Below the pieces are notes generated by a model. The model was not told the DNA's origin and searched no databases. It saw only the letters and a list, made by a program, of their open reading frames with translations. From Macrostomum hystrix (lineage: Eukaryota > Animalia > Platyhelminthes), in NCBI GenBank assembly GCA_950097015.1, contig CATNEN010000039.1:19778001-19842000 (forward strand): a stretch of 64,000 nt of DNA, read 5' to 3'. Every line of letters begins with the position of its first letter. The first letter of the stretch is position 1. The position numbers and the translations under genes are program-made. This document shows, one piece after another, positions 45,401-59,310 of the stretch.

Positions 45401-46702
45401 TGACCTGTTAGACACTGGAAATCAAGACCTGTTAGACACTGAAAATCATGACCTGTTAGACACTGGAAATGATGACCTGTTAGACACTGAAAATCATGAC
45501 TTGTTAGACACTAGAAATCATGACCTGTTAGACACTAGAAATCATGACCTGTTAGACACTAGAAATGATGACCTGTTAGACACTGAAAATCATGACCTGT
45601 TAGACACTGGAAATCATGTCGACCTGTTAGACACTGGAAATCATGACCTGTTAGACAATGGAAATCATGACCTGTTAGACACTGGAAATCATGACCTGTT
45701 AGACACTGGAAATCATGTCGACCTGTTAGACACTGGAAATCATGACCTGTTAGACACTGGAAATCATGACCTGTTAGATACTGGAAATCATGACCTGTTA
45801 GACAATGGAAATCATGACCTATTAGACACTGAAAATCATGACCTGTTAGACACTGAAAGTCATGACCTTTTAGACACTAAAAATCATGACCTGTTAGACA
45901 CTGAAAATCATGACCTGTTAGACACTAGAAATCATGACCTGTTAGACACTAGAAATGATGACCTGTTAGACACTGAAAATCATGACCTGTTAGACACTAG
46001 AAATGATGACCTGTTAGAAATTGGAAATCATGTCGACCTGTTAGACACTGGAAATCATGACCTGTTAGACACTGGAAATCATGTCGACCTGTTAGACACT
46101 GGAAATCATGACCTGTTAGACACTGAAAATCATGACCTGTTAGACACTGAAAATCATGACCTGTTAGACACTGAAAATCATGACCTGTTAGACACTAGAA
46201 ATGATGACCTGTTAGACACTGAAAATCATGACCTGTTAGACACTGAAAATCATGACCTGTTAGACACTGAAAATCATGACCTGTTAGACACTGAAAATCA
46301 TGACCTGTTAGACACGAAATGATGACCTGTTAGACACTGGAAATGATGACCTGTTAGACACTGAAAATCATGACCTGTTAGACACTGAAAATCATGACCT
46401 GTTAGACACTGAAAATCATGACCTGTTAGACACTGAAAGTCATGACCTGTTGGACACTGAAAATCATGACCTGTTAGACACTGAAAATCATGACCTGTTA
46501 GACACAGAAAATCATGACCTGTTAGACACTAGAAATGATGACCTGTTAGACACTGGAAATCATGACCTGTTAGACACTGAAAATCATGACCTGTTAGAAA
46601 TTGGAAATCATGACCTGTTAGACAATGGAAATCATGACCTGTTAGACTCTGGAAATGATGACCTGTTAGACAATGGAAATCATGACCTGTTAGACACTGG
46701 AA
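45401..46702. repeat. Minisatellite, 24-bp unit GACCTGTTAGACACTGAAAATCAT
   Basis: ~53 copies, abutting the first coding exon's acceptor. Confidence 0.97.
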
Positions 46703-47757
46703 TTGATTTATTTCCCAAGCGATAGGAAAACCCGCAGATCAGATACATGATCAGATATTTTCCGCTGCGGTTCCGAGCTGACTGCAAGTAAGTCCGGGCC
46801 ACAGGGTGTGAGACAAGGCAGAATGGAATATGAAATTTATGAATAGACATTTAGAGCAGGCAATCTTCTTACGCATTCATGCATGGTTCTAGATCATAGA
46901 TAGCAGAATGCTGGAGTGAAGCAATTTAGAATTCAATGCAGTTGTTTTTTTACTGTACGTATATAGAATATTGGCAAGTGGTGCAACTAAAATTGTGACA
47001 ACATCAGCTGCTCAGCTTGATAAAAATTGAGGAAGGAATTGGCGGGTGGAAGGGGGATAAGACTGAGTTGTGTGTAGTTATTCCCAAAACTCGCTTTCAC
47101 GTAGACCTCGCGACGCGCGCAGGAAGCAGTACCTTCCACTCTCTCTCTCTTTCTCTCTTTCTTCAGTTGGCTCGGTAATTGCATTTTGGCACACGCAATC
47201 AAACTAAGGCAATGGCGCTGGACGTATTATAGGGATGGAGCGATGGGAGAAACGGAGAAAGTAAGATTGCGAGATTTAGTTGAGGCTTAGACAGCTAAAA
47301 GCTGTTTTTGGTCATTATTTTTTGGCGATATATATTAAAAAAACTGCAATACGTTTTTATTTTATAAATGAAACCTGGACAGCATCCAGTATGGACAACT
47401 TCTACATTTGGTTTCCCCTAGAGGACGCACAAGTGGACTGGCAAGTCTCTATTGGTTAAGAGGTTCAAAATATTATATTGATTTTACAAGTTGTGCACTT
47501 TCTACTGGAAACATTTTTTGTTGAAGTTGGAAATTTCCCTAGGAGAGCAATTTATCTGCTTTGATTTTTGGTAATACTGCCTGCCTCTTGAGATGCACCC
47601 GAATTCAAGTAGCTCTTAATATGAATACTGAACAAGAGAGCATTTCTATTCACAATATCGACCTACTTCAACGATTTAATAACTCGCCCGAAATGTGCAT
47701 AGGTATTTTTAAAGCTTTTAATAAAGATTCTTTTCGAATGTACGTAGCTGCGGGTCA

Positions 47758-48325
47758 TTCCATTCCTGCCCCACCGAGTGTAAATAGCTCCGAGACACCC
47801 AATTCCTCCGAGACACTCCAAGTGTACATATTATAGCTCCGAGACCCTCCTTTCCTGCCCCCCCAGAGTGTACATAGCTCCGAGACCCTCCTTTCCTGCC
47901 CCCCAGAGTGTACATAGCTCCGAGACCCTCCTTTCCTGCCCCTCAGAGTGTACATAGCTCCGAGACCCTCCTTTCCTGCCCCCCCAGAGTGTACATAGCT
48001 CCGAGACCCTCCTTTCCTGCCCCCCAGAGTGTACATAGCTCCGAGACCCTCCTTTCCTGCCCCCCAGAGTGTACATAGCTCCGGGACAATACATTCCTGC
48101 CCCCCAGAGAGTACATAGCTCCGAGACACTCCATTCCTGCCCCTCAGAGTGTACATAGCTCCGAGACACTCCATTCCTGCCCCCCAGAGTGTACATAGCT
48201 CCGGGACAATACATTCCTGCTCCCCAGAGTGTACATAGCTCCGGGACAATACATTCCTGCCCCCTGTGTGTACTTAACTCCAAGACACTCCTTCCTATCC
48301 CCCGAGTGTACACCGAAGCTCCGGA
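47758..48325. repeat. Minisatellite, 40-41-bp unit GAGTGTACATAGCTCCGAGACCCTCCTTTCCTGCCCCCCA
   Basis: ~12 copies. Confidence 0.93.
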
Positions 48326-49506
48326 AACAGAAACTGTCGCATTATTTATAAAAAAGATATTCCGCAAGCGTATTTTTAAGTGATGCAAAGCAAACAAGTG
48401 AGTTGCTTTTATTGCTTCGCACAATGGCTTTGCTCACACAACAGAACTCCCTTGCTCTTGCTCATGGCTCTATCTCGACTCTCTCATCGACAACGTTTTT
48501 GTTAAACAAAAAAACTGCACCCCAAATCCTTCTCCCTGTGACTGCACGATCCGCTTAGATTTGGCATCGAGATGAGCTTACAAGGCCTCAGAAACCAATT
48601 CCTTCACCCCACCCCTAGGGAGCCCGGAGGCAGAGATTTTCCCAGCGGCCCGGCGTTCTCATTTGCCATTCTTAGAAATAGGCTTGTATAGAATGATAAA
48701 TAGCAACAGAAATCATCGCTGTGTCTGAGTGTGAGCGCGTGCCCCAGTTGTAGGTAGAAATTCATAGATTACTAGGCAATTCATTTCTATTTGTCTAATA
48801 TTACACGCTGGTCAGGCACAGCTTTCCGACGCACCAAATTGACATACCATCTCTCCAGCCCTCAGGCGCATTGATACAAACATATATATATGTCTAGGTG
48901 AATCAACTATTTGCTCACCTATCTGATACATCCCCTCTGGGCTACATGCGTGGGACAATTACGAGTACTCGCCTCGTCCTGTACCCATCATTGTCACACA
49001 GACGCGGCATCTCTGGGAGACTCTGATCGCCCTAGTCACCTTCATCCCTTATCCCGTTTCTCCTTCCTGCATGCCAAGAATAACCGTTTTATCCAGCTGC
49101 GCAGAACTGTCCCGGCCCTAGGCATTCAGGAGTCGGCCTTCTTAAATTTATTTTCCAAAGCTGACACCACGCCCTCACACGGCTTCAGTGCCTGGGTTGG
49201 GTATTAGTCAGGGCAATTAGATCCGCCTAATGATCTGCCGCATGCATATACTAGCTGCCTGTATATAATTGTCGAATTTGAATTATTCCTTTAGAATTTG
49301 ATTACAGAACAGATTTTTGGCTGATTGATGAAAAATTCATCTTGGAAGCCGCCCTTAGGTTGTGATGTTAATTACTGGAAATTATTGACTAGAAATTTTT
49401 ATCGGAATTAGAAAAAATGGTGGCATATTCAATCTGTGCTAAATTTGAAAAAAAATCTTGATTTTGAACCGGTAAAGTTATAATAGATATATCTCTTACC
49501 CACGTG

Positions 49507-50355
49507 TTCAATTCTCATCCTCGCCTTCCCACTCTCATCCTCGCCTTTAATTCTCATCCTCGCCTTCCCACTCTCATCCTCGCTTTTAAGTCTAATCCTC
49601 GCTTTCAATTCTTATCCTCGCTTTCAATTCTCATCCTCGCCTTCCCACTCTCATCCTCGCTTTTAAGTCTAATCCTCGCTTTCAATTCTTATCCTCGCTT
49701 TCAATTCTCATCCTCGCCTTCCCACTCTCATCCTCGCTTTTAAGTCTAATCCTCGCTTTCAATTCTTATCCTCGCTTTCAATTCTCATCCTCGCCTTCCC
49801 ACTCTCATCCTCGCTTTTAAGTCTAATCCTCGCTTTCAATTCTTATCCTCGCTTTCAATTCTCATCCTCGCCTTCCCACTCTCATCCTCGCTTTTAATTC
49901 TAATTCTCGCCTTCAATTCTCATCCTCGCCTTTAATTCTCATCCTCGCCTTCCCACTCTCATCCTCGCCTTCCCACTCTCATCCTCGCCTTCCCACTCTC
50001 ATCCTCGCCTTCCCACTCTCATCCTCGCTTTTAAGTCTAATCCTCGCCTTCAATTCTCATCCTCGCCTTTAATTCTCATCCTCGCCTTCAATTCTTATCT
50101 TCGCCTTCAATTCTCATCCTCGCCTTCCCACTCTCATCCTCGTCTTCAATTCTTATCCTCGCCTTCAATTCTCATCCTCGCCTTCCCACTCTCATCCTCG
50201 CCTTCAATTCTTATCCTCGCCTTCAATTCTCATCCTCGCCTTCCCACTCTCATCCTCGCCTTCAATTCTTATCCTCGCCTTCAATTCTCATCCTCGCCTT
50301 CCCACTCTCATCCTCGCCTTCAATTCTTATCCTCGCCTTCAATTCTTATCCTCGC
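49507..50355. repeat. Minisatellite, 19-bp unit ATTCTCATCCTCGCCTTCA
   Basis: Tandem array. Confidence 0.95.
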
Positions 50356-50888
50356 ACAAAAGCATTGCGACCAGCAAAGACACAAGCTCTCAAAGCCGAT
50401 GCGATACACAATGGCCCTAATACAGTTAATCAGGTTCCTAATCAGACTTTAGGATACGCTCAACATGGACTACCATAGCCAATATTCTAGTAAGAAGTTT
50501 ATTGGACACTATTCCCCCTACTGGCCGATATCTTTCTTGCCGTATCCTCCACTTCTAAGTTCCTGTTTGATCATGACTAATTGCAGACACACACACACTC
50601 TCTCTCTCTCTTTCTCGGTATTTTTGCTTCTAATGCAACGCCAGACCGGCTAATTTCATTTGCTGGCCTTGTGCCCAGGCCACTTTCCTCACACCCAACC
50701 AGCCCCCACAATGTTACTCTTTGTTATTGGCGAATGCGTCTAAATCTAGTTAGCTGGAGAATTACAAGCTCTCTCTCTGGCGGTTACTTTCACGCGACTG
50801 AAAGTCAAAGAGCAACAGATAAAATAGAATTTGCTGGCACGGAATTGTTGTCAGAATCAGATATTGCCGGGTTTACTGTCACACAGAA

Positions 50889-51838
50889 AGTAGACTGGGG
50901 GAGAGTAGACTGGGGGAGAGTAGACTGTGGGGAGAGTAGACTGCGGGAGAGTATACTGGAGGAGAATAGACTGGGGGAGAATAGACTCGGGGAGAGTAGA
51001 CTGCGGGAGAATAGACTGGGGGAGAGTAGACTGCGGGAGAGTAGACTGTGGGGAGAGTAGACTGTGGGGAGAGTAGACTGTGGGGAGAGTAGACTGGGGG
51101 AGAGTAGACTGAGGGAGAGTAGACTGGGGGGAGTATAGACTGGGGGAGAGTAGAATGGGTGGAGAGTAGACTGTGGGGAGAGTAGACTGGGGGAGAGTAG
51201 ACTGAGGGAGAGTAGACTGGGGGGAGTATAGACTGGGGGAGAGTAGACTGTGGGGAGAGTAGACTGTGGGGAGAGTAGACTGTGGGGAGAGTAGACTGTG
51301 GGGAGAGTAGACTGTGGGGAGAGTAGACTGTGGGGAGAGTAGACTGCGGGAGAGTAAACTGTGGGGAGAGTAGACTGTGGGGAGAGTAGACTGTGGGGAG
51401 AGTAGACTGCGGGAGAGTAGACTGTGGGGAGAGTAGACTGCGGGAGAGTAGACTGCGGGAGAGTAGACTGGGGGGAGAGTAGACTGTGGGGAGAGTAGAC
51501 TGTGGGGAGAGTAGACTGGGGGAGAGTAGACTGTGGGGAGAGTAGACTGCGGGAGAGTAGACTGTGGGGAGAGTAGACTGCGGGAGAGTAGACTGTGGGA
51601 GAGAAGACTGTGGGGAGAGTAGACTGCGGGAGAGTAGACTGTGGGGAGAGTAGACTGGGGGGAAAGAAGAATGTTTTAGAATAAAATAGAATGTCAAAGA
51701 GAAAACTAGCACTTGTGACTGAAACTGGTTGGAGAGTAGACTGGGGGGAGAGTAGACTGGGGGGAAAGAAGAATGTTTTAGAATAAAATAGAATGTCAAA
51801 GAGAAAACTAGCACTTGTGACTGAAACTGGTTGGAGAA
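50889..51838. repeat. Minisatellite GAGAGTAGACTG(T/C/G)GGG (16-17 bp) plus ~105-bp terminal duplication
   Basis: Tandem array; unique flank duplicated at about 51646-51838. Confidence 0.93.
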
Positions 51839-52459
51839 GATCAAACTAGCAGTGAGAGAGTAGAGGAGAGCTTAAGAGCTCTGCAGGGGGTAAGGAAGGG
51901 AAGAAAAGCAAAGAGAGAATAGGATAAGCGGAAATTAAATCTCTGCACCAGCTAGCCGCTTACGCTCAGTGTGGCAAGTACAAAAGCAGTCTTCAATCTG
52001 ACTTCGAACTGGCCCTGTGTTTCCCGCCATGGCCTGGTATAGATGGGCTTCACAACAGACTTTGCTGGACTGTCTTCTTTTAGAAGCAAAGATAGAGAGA
52101 GGAGAAATAGACGGCAGGACTCACCTGACAGCAGTTCAAGTTGAGAGGCAGGGGGGGGGGGCAAAAGGGCTATGAATGGGATGCGAGATCTGCTACCACG
52201 CTACCCATCATCTAAATCCCATTATTTGCCTTGCAGCTACACAGCGGCTACGCAAATAATGTTAATAGTTCTTTTCAAGACTGCGATACCCCAGATGAAA
52301 CTTAGCCCGACCCGTGCAACTTGGACTTTGATTATATAGATTTTTGTTCAGCGATTCTATACATTTCAAACATATTCTTGTTCTACTTCTCTCTATTTCT
52401 ATATCTCCTCTCTCTCCTCTCTCTTCTCTCCACTATTTTATAATCTCTATTCTCGCTTC

Positions 52460-52590
52460 CATCTCCTCTCTCCTCCCTCTCCACTCTCCTCTCTCCTCTC
52501 TCCTTTCTCCTCTCTCCGCTCTCCTCTCTCCTCTCTCCTCTCTCCTCTTACCTCTCTCCTCTTACCTCTCTCCTCTCTCCTCTCTCCTCT
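52460..52590. repeat. (CTCCTCT)n microsatellite
   Basis: Simple repeat. Confidence 0.85.
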
Positions 52591-52895
52591 GAGAAATCTA
52601 TCTAAGAAATTTTTTTTGAGAAGCTTGCCTTGACAACTGAAAATAATTTTGGTCACCCAAAATTGTTCTAAAACATTGTTCAAATCAATAAATAAAAAAC
52701 ACGGATCCATAAAGCTAATTTTATGCCAGCACCATAAAGTCGGATTTACTTCACTAGATTTTGTTTCATCCGGTCAAAAAAAATTTACGAACTTCAAAGA
52801 CAGCCCGACAATGCACCGGAATTAAAAACAGAATTGCGCAAAACTTTAAATTCAAAAGACTGGTCATGGCTGATCATTCTAATAAATATACGTCA

Positions 52896-53950
52896 TTCGC
52901 CTTTCCACTCTCATCCTCGCCTTCTCACTCACATCCTCGCCTTTCCATTCTCATCCTCGCCTTCTCACTCTCATCCTCGCCTTTAATTCTTATCCTCGCC
53001 TTCGATTCTCATCGACGCTTTCGATTCTCATCCTCGCCTTCTCACTCTCATCCTCGTCTTTAATTCTTATCCTCGCCTTCGATTCTCATCGACGCTTTCG
53101 ATTCTCATCCTCGCCTTCGATTCTTATCGATGCCTTCGATTCTCATCCTCGCCTTCGATTCTTATCCTCGACTTCGATTATAATCCTCGCCTTCGATTCT
53201 CATCGACGCCTTCGATTCTCATCGTCGCCTTCGTTTCTCATCCTCGACTTCGATTATAATCCTCGCCTTCGATTCTTATCCTCGACTTCGATTATAATCC
53301 TCGCCTTCGATTCTCATCGACGCCTTCTCCACTCTCATCCTCGCCTTCGATTCTCATCGTCGCCTTCGATTCTCATCCTCGCCTTCGATTCTCATCCTCG
53401 ACTTCGATTATAATCCTCGCCTTCGATTCTTATCCTCGACTTCGATTATAATCCTCGCCTTCGATTCTCATCGACGCCTTCTCCACTCTCATCCTCGCCT
53501 TTGATTCTCATCGACGCCTTCGATTCTCATCCTCGCCTTCGATTCTTATCCTCGACTTCGATTATAATCCTCGCCTTCGATTCTCATCGACGCTTTCGAT
53601 TCTCATCCTCGCCTTCGATTCTTATCGACGCCTTCGATTCTCATCCTCGCCTTCGATTCTTATCCTCGACTTCGATTAAAATCCTCGCCTTCGATTCTCA
53701 TCGTCGCCTTCGATTCTCATCCTCGCCTTCGATTCTTATCGACGCCTTCGATTCTCATCCTCGCCTTCGATTCTTATCCTCGACTTCGATTATAATCCTC
53801 GCCTTCGTTTCTCATCCTCGACTTCGATTATAATCCTCGCCTTCGATTCTTATCCTCGACTTCGATTATAATCCTCGCCTTCGATTCTCATCGACGCCTT
53901 CTCCACTCTCATCCTCGCTTTCTCCACTCTCATTCTCGCCTTCAATTCTC
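52896..53950. repeat. Minisatellite, 19-bp unit ATTCTCATCCTCGCCTTCG (same family as 49507-50355)
   Basis: Tandem array. Confidence 0.95.
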
Positions 53951-54795
53951 AAATTTGCCTACAGTTACCATCCTTGAATTCCTGATCTCACCTGTGTATA
54001 GACGAGCTAGTACTGAAATTAACTTATATAGTTTTTTAATTTAATTAGCTTTCAGTAACACGATTAAACATAAATTGTCTCACATTTGTCGAACGCAGCG
54101 CTTTCTTAGAAATATAGGCAGTTAGCAGTTTTCAGATGGCAGCTACATGACAGCCAGTAGTTGGCCTCTTAAGAAGTAACAGAAATATAACCACGCTTTC
54201 TTGAAGCCCTTTTGAAATTCAACTGGGACACAAGAGAAATTCTGGGACCTAGTTTATCGATGCAATTTATTAGTTTTTGTTAGGTTTTAGACGCTAAATA
54301 TTCGATGGGGATTTTTAGATTTTGCTCTACCGGAGGCCAGGCAAAAATATTTGAGTCTCTGTTTTAATGGCGACGACAGTAGCAGCAACGGTAAGCGACA
54401 GCTGCAGAAAAGGATTGTCAGTTTAGAGATGATTTCGCGTAATCCTCTCCTCGCTCAGTGCCAGTGAGGAGTTCTGATTGGCTGCTGAATTGCTGTCCAA
54501 TTGTGTTCACTTTGGCTGCTACAGATGAAATACCTCCGGATGGATAGATGGATACTGCAGATTGATGATTGATGAATGGTAGATTGATTGATTGATAGAT
54601 TGATAAATTGATTGCCAAATAGTTAGATCGATACTTTGGCGAATTGATAGATTGATAGACTGATGGATTGATATATTGTTGGATTGATAGACTAATAGAT
54701 TTCTGGATTAATGGATTGATAGATTTATCGATTGAAAGGTAAGTGAATTGATGGATTGGTAGTTTGGTGATGCTTGAAAGGAAAATATTATTAAA

Positions 54796-55145
54796 AAATA
54801 ATAATAATTGCAGGAAGGCTGCGGGCAATGGCACGTCGTTTAGTGACACTAGACCCGCAGCCAGCGAGGAGGCAATTCTGCCCATTTCGCTGACTCCTGA
54901 GCACACACGCAAACAGGCACACGCTCACACAGGTGTGTACATCTGTCCTGACTTTCGCATCGTCAGCCAGTGTACACTCTCACTGTGCCTTGGAGGTTGG
55001 CCCTCAAGGGCGTAAATTGCACGACAAGCCACCAAGCCTTCTCTCCGCGGCTGCGCCCCAAATAAATGTGGCCTCGCCGTGGAATCGAACTTAGGGACCT
55101 TGGTGCGAGAGGCAAACTCGTTAACCGCTCTGCCACTCACCCCCT
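54796..55145 (-). mobile_element. SINE copy, near full length
   Basis: A/B boxes and (ATT)n tail. Confidence 0.87.
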
Positions 55146-55764
55146 TGCTTGAAAGGATTAGCTCGCAACATTTTAATATGTTTATGGATAATTATTAGAA
55201 AATACAAACCAATTGATGGATTGATAACAAAGTCTGTTGATTAATGAAAGAATATTAACGATATGTGGATTGAGGAACAAATAGGGGATTGGATTTATCG
55301 CATAAATTGACGGATGATAGACAGGTTTTTGGTGTACCTGTCAAAGCTGGGACAGCGTCTATGGCCGGAAGTCCAACTGACCGGAACCCCCCCAATAGGC
55401 CATAATTTTAGGCGCGCATTGTTATTGGGATTTCCTTTTAGTGCTAAGAAAACCTGTCAGTCTCGTACTGGCTTTTATTCCCCAGTCCCAAACATAGGCC
55501 TCAACCCAGGAGATGGCATGTCAGAAGACTGCAAGGACCTTCGTCCCAAGCAGCTGCTGCTGCATGGCACAATGCCTCGGCTAAATTCATGCGCACATTT
55601 ACAATGGACCTCTCTTTCTTGATTTTTATTCCGGGCTTAAAAGAACTCTATGACTGACTTGAAACGTTTTCAAAAAGGTTTGGCTGGCTTAAAGTGTACT
55701 AAATATTGACTTAACTAAAAGGGTATTTATAGCTTGTGCTTGCGATATTTTTCATCAATATATT

Positions 55765-56222
55765 TCTGTCTGTTCTAGATGTCTGTCTGTCTGTTCTAGA
55801 TGTCTGTCTGTCTGTTCTAGATGTCTGTCTTTCTGTTATAGATGCCTGTCTGTCTGTTCTAGATGTCTGTCTGTCTGTTCTAGATGTCTGCCTGTCTGTT
55901 ATAGATGTCTGTCTTTCTGTTATAGATGCCTGTCTGTCTGTTATAGATGTCTGTCTGTCTGTTCTAGATGTCTGTCTGTTCTAGATGTCTGTCTGTCTGT
56001 TCTAGATGTCTGTCTGTCTGTTATAGATGTCTGTCTGTCTGTTCTAGATGTCTGTCTGTTCTAGATGTCTGTGTGTCTGTTATAGATGTCTGTCTGTCTG
56101 TTCTAGATGTCTGTCTGTTCTAGATGTCTGTCTGTCTGTTCTAGATATTTGTCTGTCTGTTCTAAATGTCTGACTGTCTGTTCTAAATGTCTGACTGTCT
56201 GTTCTAAATGTCTGACTGTCTG
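55765..56222. repeat. Minisatellite, ~21-bp unit TCTAGATGTCTGTCTGTCTGT
   Basis: Tandem array. Confidence 0.93.
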
Positions 56223-57390
56223 TTAATAATGTTTGTTCGTTTGAAAAACCGCAAGCTGTTTTAAAAAAATAGCTAAAACAGTGCAGTCTACAGTTGAAAA
56301 AAGCAGTGTCTCTAATCTCTAAACAGGATAACTTGCTACTGTACAGACCTATTAGAAGCAGCAGAACAAAAACCTATTCTGACAAAAAGTGACATACATT
56401 GCAGTATAGCGAATTCGAGTGCTTAGTTACTTTATGTCCCACTAAACTGCCTGTCTGTTGCTTTTTCAAGTTCAATCAACTTATCAAAGTGATACGAGTG
56501 ATATCAAAGTGATATCAACGTAAAATCGGAAGCTTTTGAAGTCAGAAGTACTAGAAGTACTTCTACAGCTTTGTTTTGACTGACAGACTCATAGATTGAT
56601 AGCAAATATTCACTAACTGTACTTTTTTATGATTAATTGCTGATATAAGTAAGTCGTGTCATCATGGTATATAATGACAACCAAGTTACAACTCTATAAG
56701 TTAAACAAATTGAACAGATTTTTACTTACCATTATATGCGAATTTAAACTTGAATAAAAAACGACACGAAAGTCAAGAACGAAATTTCTATAGTCAGACT
56801 GCCAGATTTGGGAGCACTTTTATTGTCGACTTTCTTGTCAATCCTAATCCAGGTTTTATAAATTAAGGTAGGCAGCGTTTTTGCAATTTGTTGTTGCACT
56901 ATATGAGAAGTGTGTATAGTTGGGTCTGACAGTTTTTTATGACAGTTTTATATAATGACAATGTCTTCTTCTGTGGAATGAAAGTCTGCTTTGTCTATTG
57001 TCTTGTCTATTATAATGCTTAATCTCGCTCAGCCGAATCTACTTTGAAATCTCATTTTTAGGAACAGCAGTTGAGCATACACCGTGTGCACAGCTGGGAG
57101 CAGAAATTATTGAACATACTTCCGCTGTTGGTCTCAGTTTTCAATTCACAATGCACTGAAAAAACCTAACGGAACTGAAATGTGAAAAGTAACGAATTAA
57201 AGTAACGATGTTAAAAATTAACGGAACTTCGTTTAAGGAAAGTTGAAATATGCACAAAAAATTGAAACTGAAAATCAGTAACCACTTACCCTGCAGTTTT
57301 CGATAAACAAAATTTAGACTCAGTAGATAAAACAGAAATAATTGTTTTTCATTTACAATAACTTGCTGGAGGGCTGTTGGCATTTCATTT

Positions 57391-57635
57391 CGACCCGCAG
57401 CCAGCGAGGAGGCAATTCAACCAATTCCGCTGACTTCTGAGCACACGCTCACACAGGTGTGTACATCTGCCCTGACTTTCCCATCGTCAGGCAGTGTACA
57501 CTCTCACGGTGCCTTGGAGGTTGGCCCTCAAGGGCGTAAATTGCACGACAAGCCCCCAAGCCTTCTCTCCGCGGCTGCGCCCTAAATAAAGAAATGTGGC
57601 CTCGCCGCGGAATCGACATCAGTGACATTGGCGCA
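57391..57635 (-). mobile_element. SINE copy, truncated
   Basis: Identity to the family body. Confidence 0.8.
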
Positions 57636-58499
57636 AAAGAAATACAAATTTCTGTTTAATTGGATTTATGAAAACGGTGTGCCTGTCAATCTAAATAAAG
57701 GTTAAATAATTTTTTTTTCATTACCCTCCCGCTAACTCTCAATCTTATAGATAATAAAATTAGATAAAAAAGATTAAAGCCGCTTAACTTTTAAAACTTC
57801 TCCAACTGAAAAGTAGGATTAATAATTGGATTTCTATTCCAACTGCCCTCTAATCGTTGTTAAATTTCATTTGAAAGGTTAGGGGGTGAGATTTCGCGGA
57901 ATAAATTGACTTCAAAATCACCGTCGCTTCATTTTAGCCTTTCATTATTAACTGCCAAAGCAGTTGTGTACTCGCTTTGATGAAGGCCCGTACGGCAGAA
58001 TCTTCAGCCAAGCATAACGACTGTTATATAGGCTCAGTGGCAATATTAGCTAGAAGCAAATATTTAATAGTCTGGGTAGGTTAGGTTTCACGGGTGGTTG
58101 GTTCTGTATTAAGGGCGGCAATTTCTCATTTAATGTTTGTAGTCGTCCGGCAAACTATAAATTGAGTACCAAATTAAATTGGTGCAGCAGTGGTATTGTG
58201 AAATGATTATTAAGTTCGCTCTTAGCACTGGAAAATGCTAGAGTGCATGGTTCGTGAACTAATTGTCAATGTAATTGTTGGATACTAAAATCCAAATATT
58301 TTAATGCTGGAACTCTTAGAGGTATTGTTCGTTAAAATGTGTTTGTCATTTAATTAAACTTTGCCTAAAATTAATTCAGCTCAATCAAGAGTACTAGAAA
58401 GGACTAAGAATGGATTAAAATTGATTGCTTCGCTCTAATTAGCGGAAGGATTCATGCACTAACAAAAGATTGCCTGGTTTGGAACTTTCGGTACTTTCA

Positions 58500-59310
58500 T
58501 GGGAACTGACGCTTCATGTACGGGAACTGACGCTTCATGTACGGGAACTGACGCTTCATGTACGGGAACTGACGCTTCATGTACGGGAACTGACGCTTCA
58601 TGTACGGGAACTGACGCTTCATGTACGGGAACTGACGCTTCATGTACGGGAACTGACGCTTCATGTACGGGAACTGACGCTTCATGTACGGGAACTGACG
58701 CTTCATGTACGGGAACTGACGCTTCATGTACGGGAACTGACGCTTCATGTACGGGAACTGACGCTTCATGTACGGGAACTGACGCTTCATGTACGGGAAC
58801 TGACGCTTCATGTACGGGAACTGACGCTTCATGTACGGGAACTGACGCTTCATGTACGGGAACTGACGCTTCATGTACGGGAACTGACGCTTCATGTACG
58901 GGAACTGACGCTTCATGTACGGGAACTGACGCTTCATGTATGGGAACTGACGCTTCATGTACGGGAACTGACGCTTCATGTACGGGAACTGACGCTTCAT
59001 GTATGGGAACTGACGCTTCATGTACGGGAACTGACGCTTCATATACGGGAACTGACGCTTCATGTACGGGAACTGACGCTTCATGTACGGGAACTGACGC
59101 TTCATGTATGGGAACTGACGCTTCATGTACGGGAACTGACGCTTCATTTACGGGAACTGACGCTTCATGTACGGGAACTGACGCTTCATGTACGGGAACT
59201 GACGCTTCATCGATGGTAAATGATGCTTTATCTACGGGAATCGATGCTTCATCTACGAGAATCGATGCTTCATCTTTGGGAACTGCCACTTCGTCTGACG
59301 CTTTATCTAT
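58500..59310. repeat. Minisatellite, 21-bp unit GGGAACTGACGCTTCATGTAC
   Basis: ~34 near-perfect copies, degenerating on the right. Confidence 0.97.

Noticed and set aside
45501-46725. ORF of HDLLDTEN repeats
   Set aside because: Translation of the 24-bp tandem repeat, antisense to the Cav2 gene.
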